Part shown: in pieces, positions 20,493 to 33,843 of the stretch | Position numbering within the stretch: position 1 is the first letter of the stretch | How the letters are laid out: each line of letters starts with the position of its first letter | Assembly: GCA_963713855.1 (NCBI GenBank) | Contig: OY970209.1 | Span: forward strand, 64,001 to 128,000 | Direction of reading: 5' to 3' | Length of the DNA stretch: 64,000 nt | Source of the DNA: an uncultured bacterium | GTDB taxonomy: Bacteria > Babelota > Babeliae > Babelales > Babelaceae | Notes under the pieces: model-generated | Told to the model about the DNA's origin: nothing | Database searches by the model: none | Seen by the model: the letters and a program-made list of their open reading frames with translations, nothing else | Made by a program: the position numbers and the translations under genes

Positions 20493-20987
20493 TTATTTAT
20501 TGCCTTTATATCCGTGAAATACCGCCTCAATGCGCCAACCATTTGGATCAATTACAAAAGCACCGTAATAGCCTTCGTGATATTGAGGACGGGGTCCCGG
20601 AGCCCCATTGGAAGTGGCCCCTAGTTCAAGGCACTTTTTATACCAGCGATTGACTGACTCAGCATCTGGCGCTAGAAAGGCAACATGAAACCCTCGAGCT
20701 CGACCAATTTCTTCATCTGCCTTTCCCATAGGGCTAATCCAAAAAGAAGGCTTACCATTTTTACCGTAGCCCGCGGTGAGTACATGTTTATGTGGCAGAT
20801 CGATTGTCATAACCCTTTTATAGCCAATCACTGAAAGTGTCTCGTCATAAAAAGTTCGACTTTTTTCATAATCTTTAACTGATAACGAGACGTGATCAAG
20901 CATGAGTGTATTTTTGCAAAAAAATAAACAATAACCAATAGCCGCTATTAACGCTGCTATGATAAGATAAGCTACTCCCTTTTTCAT
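20493..20987 (-). CDS. VOC/glyoxalase family protein
   Basis: LDHVSLSVKD, HVAFLA, GAPGPRPQYHEGYYGAFVIDPNGWRIEAV. Confidence 0.9.
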   Translation of the reverse strand: MKKGVAYLIIAALIAAIGYCLFFCKNTLMLDHVSLSVKDYEKSRTFYDETLSVIGYKRVMTIDLPHKHVLTAGYGKNGKPSFWISPMGKADEEIGRARGFHVAFLAPDAESVNRWYKKCLELGATSNGAPGPRPQYHEGYYGAFVIDPNGWRIEAVFHGYKGNK

Positions 20988-21059
20988 GATAATCCTAAAA
21001 ATGTTGAAAGCTTCAGCTAACATAACACTATCATGCTCGCTTAACAAGCCGTTTTCGGT

Positions 21060-21365
21060 TCAGAATAAAAAGATTTCCTCATTAGGAAAGCCCATTTGTA
21101 ACTCTTTGCGCGCTATTTTTTCTCGATACCAGGGAAACTCGGAAAGCTCATCTACCTCTTTTTCAAGATCACTAATTTCAAACTCAAGTTGCTTTATCGA
21201 CTTTATAAGTAGCTCGTTTTCTAAAACTACTTCTTTGAGGCCCTTCGACCCGCGAGGTTTTATAATAAATCGCCAGCAAAAAAGAGTGCTTTCCAAAGAA
21301 AGAAGTACTGCGAGTATAAAAATTGTTCTCTTTTTCACGATCGGGTACCTTGTACTTTTAATCAA
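21060..21365 (-). CDS. ftsB: Septum formation initiator (FtsB/DivIC family)
   Basis: TM, coiled coil, EKIARKELQMGFPNE. Confidence 0.75.
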   Translation of the reverse strand: MIKSTRYPIVKKRTIFILAVLLSLESTLFCWRFIIKPRGSKGLKEVVLENELLIKSIKQLEFEISDLEKEVDELSEFPWYREKIARKELQMGFPNEEIFLF

Positions 21366-21431
21366 CCTAAGTCTAAAAACAGCGAATAGAGAGATACAAG
21401 AAAAAAATAGGTTAAGTTTAAAGTACAGCGC

Positions 21432-23264
21432 TTATTCTATCGAAACAGATTTTGATAAATTACGAGGCTTATCTATAGGGTGCTCAAGAACAAGCCCTAT
21501 TTGATACATAAAAAATTGCATAAGTGCTGTCATAGCTATTGGAGCAAGAAGAGGGTCGACTGGCGGTATAATAAATGCTCTATCTGCAAGTCCTATGAGA
21601 TCATCTTGGCCAGAGAATGCAAACACAAGAAGTTTTCCAGATCGATTCTTCACTTCTTTAGCATTAATGAGAAGCTTTTGGTAAATAGTTCTGTGCAATG
21701 ATGAAAATAAGAACACAGGTACATCCTCATCCACCAATGCAACCGACCCGTGCTTGAATTCTCCCGAGTAACAAACATCTACAAAAAGGTATCCCATCTG
21801 CTTAAGCTTAAGAGCAGCTTCAAGAGCAAAGGGATATCCCATGTGACGACCGAGAAAAATGAAATGCTTATAATGGGCATATGATGGAGCAATGGTAGAA
21901 ATTATATGCCTTTTATATGACTCTAGGGCACTTTCTTGCACCTCAGCCGTTACAATTAAGTTTTGATAAGCAATTTCAACATCCCGTTGGGTAATAAGCT
22001 TTTTTTCAAAAGCGATCTCGTGGGCTAAAAGATAGAGCACTGCTAGCTGCGCCGTGAACGCCTTAGTAGAAGCTACCGAAACTTCAAGACCCGCCTGGGT
22101 CAAAAGAAACCCAGTCGCTTCTCGCACCATGCTGCTCGAAGCTACATTAGTCAATGCAAGCGTCGGTAATTCTAAAGCATTTGCGGCTCTTAAAGCCTCT
22201 AAGGTGTCCATCGTTTCTCCGGATTGAGAAACACCAATATAGAGGCTCCTTTTTTGCGGGAAAAATGGTGCATCCCGAAACTCAGAAGCTAGACATGCTC
22301 GCGCAGGTATGCGGGCGATTTCTTCAAAAAAGAAAGCTCCTATCGAAGCTGCATTCCAAGACGATCCACACCCGAACAAGTGTAATGACTCAATTTCGCA
22401 AACCGTTGATGGATCAATACCAATGCGTTGCCATAATGAATTACCCAGAAATTTGATAAAATGAACCGTGTCATAGATTGTTTTCTTTTGGTCGTACATT
22501 TCTTTGAGCATGAAATGCTCATAAGACCCTTTAGCAGCAGTTAATTCCTCAACATGCAAAGGCAGCGGCTGGCCAGTAAATGAATACAGTTCTATGCTCT
22601 CTTTACGAACAAGTGCAAAAGTTTCATCAGGCATAAAAACGACCTGTTGCGCCTTACCAGCAAACGAGAGCAGATCAGATGATACAAACATTTCGCTCTT
22701 GCCAACACCTATATATAAAGGGCAATGCTTTCGTGCAATAATAAGCGTATCTGGAAACTCTTGAAGAATACAGGCGATAGCATAAGCGCCTACAAGCCTT
22801 CCCGTTAAATCAACAAATGCGGCGCGTAAGCTCGTATGTGTCAAAAGAAGTGCTTCAAGTAAATGAGCTACCGTTTCGGAATGAGCTTGATCTTGAAATA
22901 TGTGACCCGTTTGTATGAGAAAGTCTCGCAGCGCATGATGGTTTTCAATAATGCCATTGTAGACAAGAGAAATTTTATTTGAGCAATCAACCTGTGGCGA
23001 GGCTTTAGCGTCTTCGAGTGGTAATCTGTGGGAAGACCAGCGGATATGTCCAATACCAATAGGCCCGTCTAGTAAAGACTGCTCAACTTTTTCAATAAGC
23101 TCACTTATACTTCCTTGTACTTTGCAAGCTGCAAGCGTCGCGTCTGTAGCATTTAAGCAGCCAAACCCACCAGCGTCATAGCCACGGTATTCAAGACGAG
23201 CTAAGCTTTCAATTATATGGGCTTTGCTCATCCCCGAACCTACATACCCAACTATCCCAGACAC
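21432..23264 (-). CDS. glmS: GlmS-like protein with degenerate catalytic motifs
   Basis: RLEYRGYD, NGIIEN, SQSGETMDT, VASTKAFTAQ, DKPRNLSKSV; begins MSGIVG instead of MCGIVG. Confidence 0.85.
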   Translation of the reverse strand: MSGIVGYVGSGMSKAHIIESLARLEYRGYDAGGFGCLNATDATLAACKVQGSISELIEKVEQSLLDGPIGIGHIRWSSHRLPLEDAKASPQVDCSNKISLVYNGIIENHHALRDFLIQTGHIFQDQAHSETVAHLLEALLLTHTSLRAAFVDLTGRLVGAYAIACILQEFPDTLIIARKHCPLYIGVGKSEMFVSSDLLSFAGKAQQVVFMPDETFALVRKESIELYSFTGQPLPLHVEELTAAKGSYEHFMLKEMYDQKKTIYDTVHFIKFLGNSLWQRIGIDPSTVCEIESLHLFGCGSSWNAASIGAFFFEEIARIPARACLASEFRDAPFFPQKRSLYIGVSQSGETMDTLEALRAANALELPTLALTNVASSSMVREATGFLLTQAGLEVSVASTKAFTAQLAVLYLLAHEIAFEKKLITQRDVEIAYQNLIVTAEVQESALESYKRHIISTIAPSYAHYKHFIFLGRHMGYPFALEAALKLKQMGYLFVDVCYSGEFKHGSVALVDEDVPVFLFSSLHRTIYQKLLINAKEVKNRSGKLLVFAFSGQDDLIGLADRAFIIPPVDPLLAPIAMTALMQFFMYQIGLVLEHPIDKPRNLSKSVSIE

Positions 23265-23280
23265 AGTACTCTCTCTGCGA

Positions 23281-23718
23281 TTAACGTTTTACAAACTGGA
23301 ATTTTCTTCGAGCAGCTTTTTGACCATATTTTTTGCGTTCTTTTACTCGGGCATCAACAGTAAGAAGGCCATGCTGTCTTAAAAGAGGTTTTAAATCTGG
23401 ATTAGAAGAGAGAAAAGCCCTTGCAAGCCCGAGTTTAACCGCGTCAGCTTGCGAGCAGAGTCCGCCTCCAGTTACATTCACTTCTACATCATATGAATGA
23501 GCGTGGGGAACGAGGCGTGATGGTATACTTGCCGCATCGCGTGTAACGTCCGTATCAAAATACACCTTATAGTCTCTCCCGTTAATCACCATTTTACCAG
23601 CACCACGTCGGAGCCAAACACGGGCGACCGAAGATTTTCTACGGCCAACCCCGTGTCCTAAAGATACAGGGCGCGTGGGAGCGGCTTGTCGTTTTGCTTT
23701 TGAAGGTTTAGCTTCCAT
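23281..23718 (-). CDS. rpsI: 30S ribosomal protein S9
   Basis: GRRKSSVARV, VKERKKYGQKAARRKFQFVKR. Confidence 0.98.
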   Translation of the reverse strand: MEAKPSKAKRQAAPTRPVSLGHGVGRRKSSVARVWLRRGAGKMVINGRDYKVYFDTDVTRDAASIPSRLVPHAHSYDVEVNVTGGGLCSQADAVKLGLARAFLSSNPDLKPLLRQHGLLTVDARVKERKKYGQKAARRKFQFVKR

Positions 23719-23755
23719 ATTTTTTTAGATCCTTAACATTGTTAATATATTGTCA

Positions 23756-23831
<76 letters not shown>

Positions 23832-23907
23832 AGGCCCACGCTTTAGTATATCATTTTTGAGATTTCCTTCAAAAAATTCACTAAAGCCTGGCGGTTCAAG
23901 ATTCAGC

Positions 23908-24258
23908 CTAAGCCTGAGATTTTTCCTCAACGGCCTCTTGGCAAGCAAGGCAGCGTGTCACATTAGGATAGAGCTGAAGACGTTTTTCTGAGATAGGTTG
24001 GCCGCAATCAATACAAATTCCGTAGGTTCCTGCCTCAATCATAGAAAGAGCTTTAAGGATCATAACGTACTCGTCATGCTCATTATTTTGTAAAGATATA
24101 TTCACATCCTCAAGAGATGAAGCCGATGCTTGATCGGAAGGATCGGGAGATTGCCTATCTCCGAATTGCTCTCTCGATAAGCGGGTCAATTCGACCTCGA
24201 GCTCAGCCTTTCGCTTAAGAAGCCTTTCTTTAATTGCTGCTATTACGATGTCGTTCAC
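23908..24258 (-). CDS. dksA: DksA/TraR C4 zinc-finger protein
   Basis: DPSDQAS, GTYGICIDCGQPISEKRL...CLAC. Confidence 0.85.
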   Translation of the reverse strand: MNDIVIAAIKERLLKRKAELEVELTRLSREQFGDRQSPDPSDQASASSLEDVNISLQNNEHDEYVMILKALSMIEAGTYGICIDCGQPISEKRLQLYPNVTRCLACQEAVEEKSQA

Positions 24259-24722
24259 TAGTACCCTTTCTTTCTTTTCTGTTTAAAAAATTGTTTTAGC
24301 AAAGCAGCCGATTCTAACGCTAAAACATGGCTCGTAATATTTTTTATGTGCTTAGTATATAAAGCAAGGACTCCTTCCTTGTCAAGACGGTAGCCAAAAA
24401 GCGGCGAATCAGCCCCATAAACAATTCTTTCAATCCGGCTTAATGCTGCAAGGCTTATACACATCATGCAAGGCTCGAGCGTTACATAGAGCGTGTAGGA
24501 GGTCAAGCGCCAATCAGCCTTTTTTTTGCAAGCGCTACGAATAGCGCGTACCTCGGCATGCTCACTCTGGCAACCAATTGATTCAACCTTGTTATACCCC
24601 TGACCTACTAAGAGCCCATTATCCGAAACCACTAAGGCTCCAATGGGAACTTCCCCCTCGCTTTTAGCTCGTAACGCCAGCTTGAGAGCTCGCCGCATAA
24701 AAAATTCATCAGCTTCCAGCAT
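24258..24722 (-). CDS. tadA: tRNA adenosine deaminase
   Basis: EVPIGA, HAE, LYVTLEPCMMC. Confidence 0.92.
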   Translation of the reverse strand: MLEADEFFMRRALKLALRAKSEGEVPIGALVVSDNGLLVGQGYNKVESIGCQSEHAEVRAIRSACKKKADWRLTSYTLYVTLEPCMMCISLAALSRIERIVYGADSPLFGYRLDKEGVLALYTKHIKNITSHVLALESAALLKQFFKQKRKKGY

Positions 24723-25110
24723 AAGTCTCCTTATTTAGCCTTTAATAGACTAAAATAATGAATAATTTTAGCAAAATTATAACAAATATCAAATATTAAT
24801 TTCAATCACCCATTTAAACTCACCCTTTGCAAGCGTCCTTGCATCGAGTAAAGTGGGAAAAAGCACCCCATAGGCTATGCCTCATTTTTAGTGCTTTTAA
24901 AAATAAGCACACTAGCATACCACAAAATAAGCACGCAATCTTTTAATTCTTAACTTTCATTTTTCAGCACAGTTAATACTAAATAAACTTCTAAGAATCA
25001 TTTATAAAAAAAGTGCTATCTAGGAAAAAAATAGAAATAGCTTTACTTTAAAGGTTTTTCTGGTAAAAAAATTAAGTAGTTGTTTACATTTCTAGTTTCA
25101 AGGAGCTTTC

Positions 25111-26288
25111 ATGAAATTACTTTCAAGAATTGCGCTTTCTTTGTTATTCCTTATGCCTTATGCAAGGGGACAAGGAGGAGCTTTTTCTTTTGATGGCAAA
25201 CGAGCCGTGGTAATAGAGCCAGGCGATGCCACTTTCGAACATGCGTTTAACGATTACCATCACTATTATCCAAAATCCGAAGTTAAAATGTTTGAAGTGT
25301 ACGCGAGTCCATTTTACAAACATTGGAGCTTCTCGGACGAAAAGAATGGTGAGGGATCTCTAAACACTTTTGGATCATTCCTTCAAGGCCAAGTAAATTG
25401 GGGCGATGTTTGGTTTCGTATTAACACTATCGTGGGCAGAGCTCAAGAGAAGTTAAAAGAAATTGAAACAAAAAAAGAAGAAGGGGAAGCCAAGGAAAAA
25501 ACTTCTGCAAAAACAGAATCTGAAGGCCGTTCAAGAACCGGTGTTGACGACGTACTCCTTAAAGTTGGTTACGACTTCTTTGTTGATGGCGATGACCACA
25601 TTGGCGTGTATGCAGTAGGAGGCATTGCTACTCACCGAGACCTAAAATCTTTCCTCACTCCCGACAACATTTTAAGCCTTAAAACACCTGCTCTTGGTAC
25701 AAAAAACTACAGACTTGGTGTTGGTCTTACTGGTGGTTGGACGGTATATGCATGCGATGATCAGCACGCAGCATGGCTTTTCGATGCTCAGTATCGTTAT
25801 GCATTCCCTGCAACATATATCAATTTTAAAGAGCACATGGATGCAAAAGACACCAATACGGAACACATTAAAAAGCTGACAATCACGACATCAGCTTTAC
25901 TCCTGGACACACCATAACTTCATGGAGTGCTTTGCATTATGCAGTTGATTGTTGGCATTTTGAGGTAGGAAGCTCTTTCATCGGAACATTCGGCAGACAT
26001 CTTCATTTTGATAGAATCGAGACTGAAGATAAAAGCAAAGATAGTGCAGATGAGAAGAAGAGTGAGACACATCCTCTTGATGGCAAAATCATCGAGCCAG
26101 ATACCATTAAGTTTGGGGTAACACCATATGTGGGCATATCCTACTCTACCCTTGTCAATGATAACCCGTTGACCGTTGGCTTTGGTATAGGTTATGACTT
26201 CAATCGTCTACATGAGCGAAACAAAGATGCTAAATCAGATAGCCTCCATGGCTTTAAAACCTGGTTTACTGTTGCGCTTAACTTCTAA
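25111..26288 (+). CDS. Secreted beta-barrel-like hypothetical protein, split by frameshift(s) near 25880-25930
   Basis: Signal peptide, GGAG RBS; ORFs 25111-25917 and 25932-26288 read as one protein ending VALNF. Confidence 0.55.
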
Positions 26289-26315
26289 TTCAGCTTACTT
26301 TTAAAGCAAAGTAAA

Positions 26316-26353
26316 AGGGAGCTATACAAAAAGTATAGCTCCCTCATTTTTTT
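26316..26353. terminator. Terminator between convergent genes
   Basis: agggagctatac 26316-26327 / gtatagctccct 26333-26344, T-tract after, A-tract before. Confidence 0.8.
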
Positions 26354-26372
26354 TATCACCTAATCGAGTACT

Positions 26373-27008
26373 TTAAAGATCGATTTCTTCCAAAACATCG
26401 TCCGGTTCGACAAAAATATTGCCAGCCGCATCGGAACTAACAAAGTAGTCATCAACGTATTCTAGAAATCTAGAATTTCGATGCATTCTTCCAATTCCAA
26501 ATCTAAATTCATAACCATTTCTTGTCTTCGTTGCTTTGCTTTTTCTTCTAACAGTTCTAAGGGCGTTTTCAATATGCATTTTAAAGTCATCGAGATTTTC
26601 GAGGACTTTTCCCTTAGCTTCATATTCAATCAACTTGGTTAAAACAACTTCAATAACCGTTATTTTGATTATTGCATCTTCAAAGTCGTACAACTGCTTT
26701 CCCATAGAAAACCCATACATCGTAGGGCCTAAAATGGTAAAGAGCCTGGCATGAAGACGATCTAAATCTTCTATGGTATTTACTTCATCAAAACCTCTTG
26801 AATCGGTATTTTCCTCATCTTTTGAAGCACCATCACGCAGATCTTGAAATTCTTTTTCTGCTATTGCTAACTCTACCTTGGCCTGCTCAACTGGCGATAA
26901 TGCACTCGCTTGATTGTTAGCAGCGATGTAAAAATCGGAGCTTCGATCTTCCTGAGCCAGAGAAAGACTCACACTCAAAAGCAGAAAAAGCACTATAAAC
27001 TTATTCAT
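26373..27008 (-). CDS. Secreted acidic hypothetical protein
   Basis: 211 aa, AAGGA RBS, signal peptide. Confidence 0.65.
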   Translation of the reverse strand: MNKFIVLFLLLSVSLSLAQEDRSSDFYIAANNQASALSPVEQAKVELAIAEKEFQDLRDGASKDEENTDSRGFDEVNTIEDLDRLHARLFTILGPTMYGFSMGKQLYDFEDAIIKITVIEVVLTKLIEYEAKGKVLENLDDFKMHIENALRTVRRKSKATKTRNGYEFRFGIGRMHRNSRFLEYVDDYFVSSDAAGNIFVEPDDVLEEIDL

Positions 27009-27227
27009 ATATCAATCCTTCTAAAATACTAACCACAAGACATCTTTCATATACATTGACGATAAAGAAAATTACAAAATAGTCAATATAAATTGGCCCC
27101 GATAGGTGGTCTGTTCCACAAAAAACCGTAAGTGTTCGGCTCATTTAAAGCCTGGCAAAAATTCAAACTCTTGACTAATTTTTATTTTTTTTAATACATT
27201 TAGTAATAAATATGGAGAATTTATAAA

Positions 27228-27632
27228 ATGAAGACCTTTAAAATCCTTACCACTTGGGCCCTGGTGACTTGTGCGCTTCATGCGGGAGCTACGAGGGACC
27301 TTTTATCTGAACCTAAAGCTGCGCTCTCTTGTTTTGATGAACTCACCCAAAAGCCATCTCAATGTATGGGCTACTCAGAAAAAATGGCGATAAGAAAGTG
27401 GATAAAAGCTGAGGGTCTTACTTGTTTTGGCAAGGATCCAAAAAAGGCTGCCGAAGATCTTATACACGACCAACCGAAAAAGGATCTTCTTTGTTTTTTT
27501 CTTCAAGAATACCCTGAGCGCCCCTGGAGAAAATTAAAACATCACCTAGTAAAACGTACGGTATATAAGCCTCTACCACCTAAAGGAAGAGAATATCTTT
27601 ACGAAGATCCGCCACTTGGTACACTTTTATAA
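27228..27632 (+). CDS. Secreted hypothetical protein
   Basis: 134 aa, GGAG RBS, signal peptide. Confidence 0.6.
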   Translation: MKTFKILTTWALVTCALHAGATRDLLSEPKAALSCFDELTQKPSQCMGYSEKMAIRKWIKAEGLTCFGKDPKKAAEDLIHDQPKKDLLCFFLQEYPERPWRKLKHHLVKRTVYKPLPPKGREYLYEDPPLGTLL

Positions 27633-27645
27633 CTAGAGCGTTTCA

Positions 27646-28472
27646 TTAGAGCTGTACTTGGACGGGTTGTTTTTGCGTTAAGATTTCCTGGCTTTCGAGC
27701 GTTTCAATCTTGTCAAAAACAAATGGATTTTTGCTTCTAGGATCGTAGGTAACATGGGCTACACAGCAGTTGGGAATTTCATACATCTTGCCCGTGATGC
27801 TTTCAAACAAGGTATACATAACCCCTGCATGAGTAACGACAACTACTTCCTGGCCTGGATGGCTTTTTGCAATCTCTTTAAGACACCGGGTAACACGCAT
27901 TAAAAGTTGATTTTTACTTTCGCCTTCAGGCCATTCCGGATGGGCCCAACGAAGCTCTTTGTAGGATAGCGAGCTTCTAAGTCTTTGCGCCATGTTCCGC
28001 AACTTAAATCTCGCTCATCAGGAGTAAGGCCCTGAGCTTTACCAACATGAAGCTCTCTCAGATCGGGCTTACGGCATACATATTTTCCCATCTTACAAGC
28101 GATTTCCTGTGCGGTGTGGGCAGCTCTTTCAAGATCTGAAGCATATACAGCCGTCACATTCCCTTTTAATTGACAAAGTCGCGCTGCTACGACTTTCGCT
28201 TCATTGCGGCCGTGCTCATTAAGAGGGATGTTTGCAGTTCCTTGCATACGGTGTTTTACGTTCCAGTCAGTCTGTCCGTGACGCACAAGCAAGAATTTTG
28301 TCTTTTGTTCAACTACTTTTGGTTGTTTTAAAGTGTTTGTCACTGGCCTTCTTATAGCCGGTATTACATTTTTTTTCTGCAACTTACGACTCTTAACTTT
28401 CCCTACCAAAAGCTGAACACCCGAGGCTACAAGTGTTAGAAAAAGTAAGCCAAGTAACGTTTTTTGATTCAT
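27646..28472 (-). CDS. Histidine phosphatase (phosphoglycerate mutase family), frameshifted near 27960
   Basis: LVRHGQTDWN, SDLERA, LRELHVG in one frame; EGES and VVTHAG, IPNC in the next. Confidence 0.85.
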
Positions 28473-28726
28473 TTATTCTTCCTTTCAAAAAATTCTCTAT
28501 CTATAACTACCTCACAATACGAATATTCTTGATAACTATTATAATAGAAATAAAAACTTAGTAAATGAAAAAGGCGGGATTTTTGCAAAATGAAAAAGGC
28601 ACTTTCTCAAAACTCTTTGTGAAGATGACAAACCGCTCTTAACGTAAGGTAGAATCCCTAGATAAAAAGCAAATAATGTGTATACTATATACATAACCGA
28701 TACATTCGCCTAAAGGCTCTATTTGA

Positions 28727-32117
<3,391 letters not shown>

Positions 32118-32122
32118 AAAGC

Positions 32123-32397
32123 CTAGGTAGCTTTCCCTAAATAGCTCAGTCAAAGAGAAATAGGCGCCTACGCGGCGAGCGCTCATAAGCCTGTACACAG
32201 GCTTTATGACCCTTGACCCACTTCTTAAACTTTTTATGTGGGTTTAATATACCAGAAAGGGAACTCCCTTTCTGGTATATGTGCCATGAGATAGACCCGG
32301 TAAACCGGGTCTATCTCATACACAATAAGCATGTAACACTCAAACAACAGGTGCAGGACAATGTCCTGCCGCGCGCCGAGTAGGCGTATTTTTCCCT
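32123..32397. repeat. Multi-hairpin dispersed element, copy 2
   Basis: Core 32181-32372 co-linear with 1416-1615; same stems, different loops; IR cgcctacgcggcgagcg / cgcgcgccgagtaggcg. Confidence 0.9.
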
Positions 32398-32522
32398 CAT
32401 TTTTATTTAGGCACAGAAGCTAGACTTTTGATAATTATTGTTATTGCTCTATTTCTTGAAGCGACCTAGACAGAAAAGCTCTTTAGAGCTAAACTTCTTG
32501 TCGTACAGGCGCAAAGGAAACG

Positions 32523-33827
32523 ATGGCAAAAATAGTAATTATTGGAGCTGGTCTTACAGGACTTTCGGTTGCTTATCATTTGGAACAAGAAGGTTTTTTT
32601 GACTATGTCCTTTTAGAAAAAGAGCCAACCCCTGGCGGACTTTGTCGATCGGTTGTAGAGGACGGTTTTACCTTTGACTATACGGGCCACTTATTGCATA
32701 TCAACGACCCCTATTTTGAGTTATTTATCAAAAAGCTTGTAAGCATTGAGCACTTTAATCATATTGTTCGCCGTTCTTTTATTTATTCTCAAGAGCGGTA
32801 TACACGTTACCCCTATCAAAGTAATTTGTTTGGCTTACCTATAAAAACTATTGCAGAATGCATAGAAGGTTTTATACAAAGGCCACGAGCTAAAACGAAT
32901 CCACGCTCTTTTTATGAGTGGGTGCGATGCTCATTTGGAAAAGGCTTTGGCAAGAATTTCTTTTTTCCCTACCAGCGAAAAATTTTTGATTATGATGTAA
33001 AAAAACTTTCTTCCTCATGGACAAGCCGATTTGTGCCTAAAACATCCCTTCACGAGATCATTGAAGGTTCTTTAAAAGATCAAGCTGACACTTCGGTTGG
33101 TTATAATGCACAGTTCTTGTACCCTAAAAAAGGTGGCATTTACAGTTGGATTCAAGAGATAGCCAAAAAATTGATTCAACCAATACACTATAATAAAGCA
33201 GTTAAAAAAATAGATCTTTTAGAAAAGCAAGTGCTCCTTCGTGATGGCTCTCGGCATACTTTTAAACACCTTGTAACTACGATGCCCCTTGACACCTTTT
33301 TAAACGCTTTAGTTGACAAAAGCTCGTCATCTTTTGGGTCTGCAGCTCGACCATTGCGCTGCACAACTGTTCTTAATTTCAATATAGGTGTCAAAAGAGA
33401 AAAACTGGAAAATATGCACTGGATATATTTTCCAGAAAGCATTTACCCATTTTACCGCATCGGCTTTACATCAAACTTTTCCGACGCCATGACCCCAGAA
33501 GGTTGTAGCTCGCTCTACGGCGAAGTTTCATTTTTAGCAAAACCACAATGGTATCAAAAAGATCGCTTAAAAGAATCACTTACTATGGCTAAAAAACTAT
33601 TCAAGATCGAGGAATCCGAAATTGTAACGGAAAAGATAATTCCTATAAACCACGCGTACGTAATCTACAATAGGTGGCGGGATACGCATCTTCCTATACT
33701 ATTACAACGATTAGAAAATGAACGGGTACATTCAATAGGGCGCTATGGAGCATGGAAGTATTCAAGCATGCAAGACGCGGTGCTTGATGGAAAATCATGC
33801 GCCTTAAAGCTCCTAGCACGTACCTGA
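32523..33827 (+). CDS. FAD-dependent oxidoreductase (protoporphyrinogen oxidase/UDP-galactopyranose mutase-like)
   Basis: IIGAGLTGL, PGGLCRS, FTFDYTGHLLH, IGRYGAWKYSSM. Confidence 0.8.
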   Translation: MAKIVIIGAGLTGLSVAYHLEQEGFFDYVLLEKEPTPGGLCRSVVEDGFTFDYTGHLLHINDPYFELFIKKLVSIEHFNHIVRRSFIYSQERYTRYPYQSNLFGLPIKTIAECIEGFIQRPRAKTNPRSFYEWVRCSFGKGFGKNFFFPYQRKIFDYDVKKLSSSWTSRFVPKTSLHEIIEGSLKDQADTSVGYNAQFLYPKKGGIYSWIQEIAKKLIQPIHYNKAVKKIDLLEKQVLLRDGSRHTFKHLVTTMPLDTFLNALVDKSSSSFGSAARPLRCTTVLNFNIGVKREKLENMHWIYFPESIYPFYRIGFTSNFSDAMTPEGCSSLYGEVSFLAKPQWYQKDRLKESLTMAKKLFKIEESEIVTEKIIPINHAYVIYNRWRDTHLPILLQRLENERVHSIGRYGAWKYSSMQDAVLDGKSCALKLLART

Positions 33828-33843
33828 GTAAAAGGAGACAGCA

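Noticed and set aside
24880..24935. Short aaaataagcac repeats in the intergenic region
   Set aside because: Two short copies in very AT-rich DNA, not distinguishable from chance by eye
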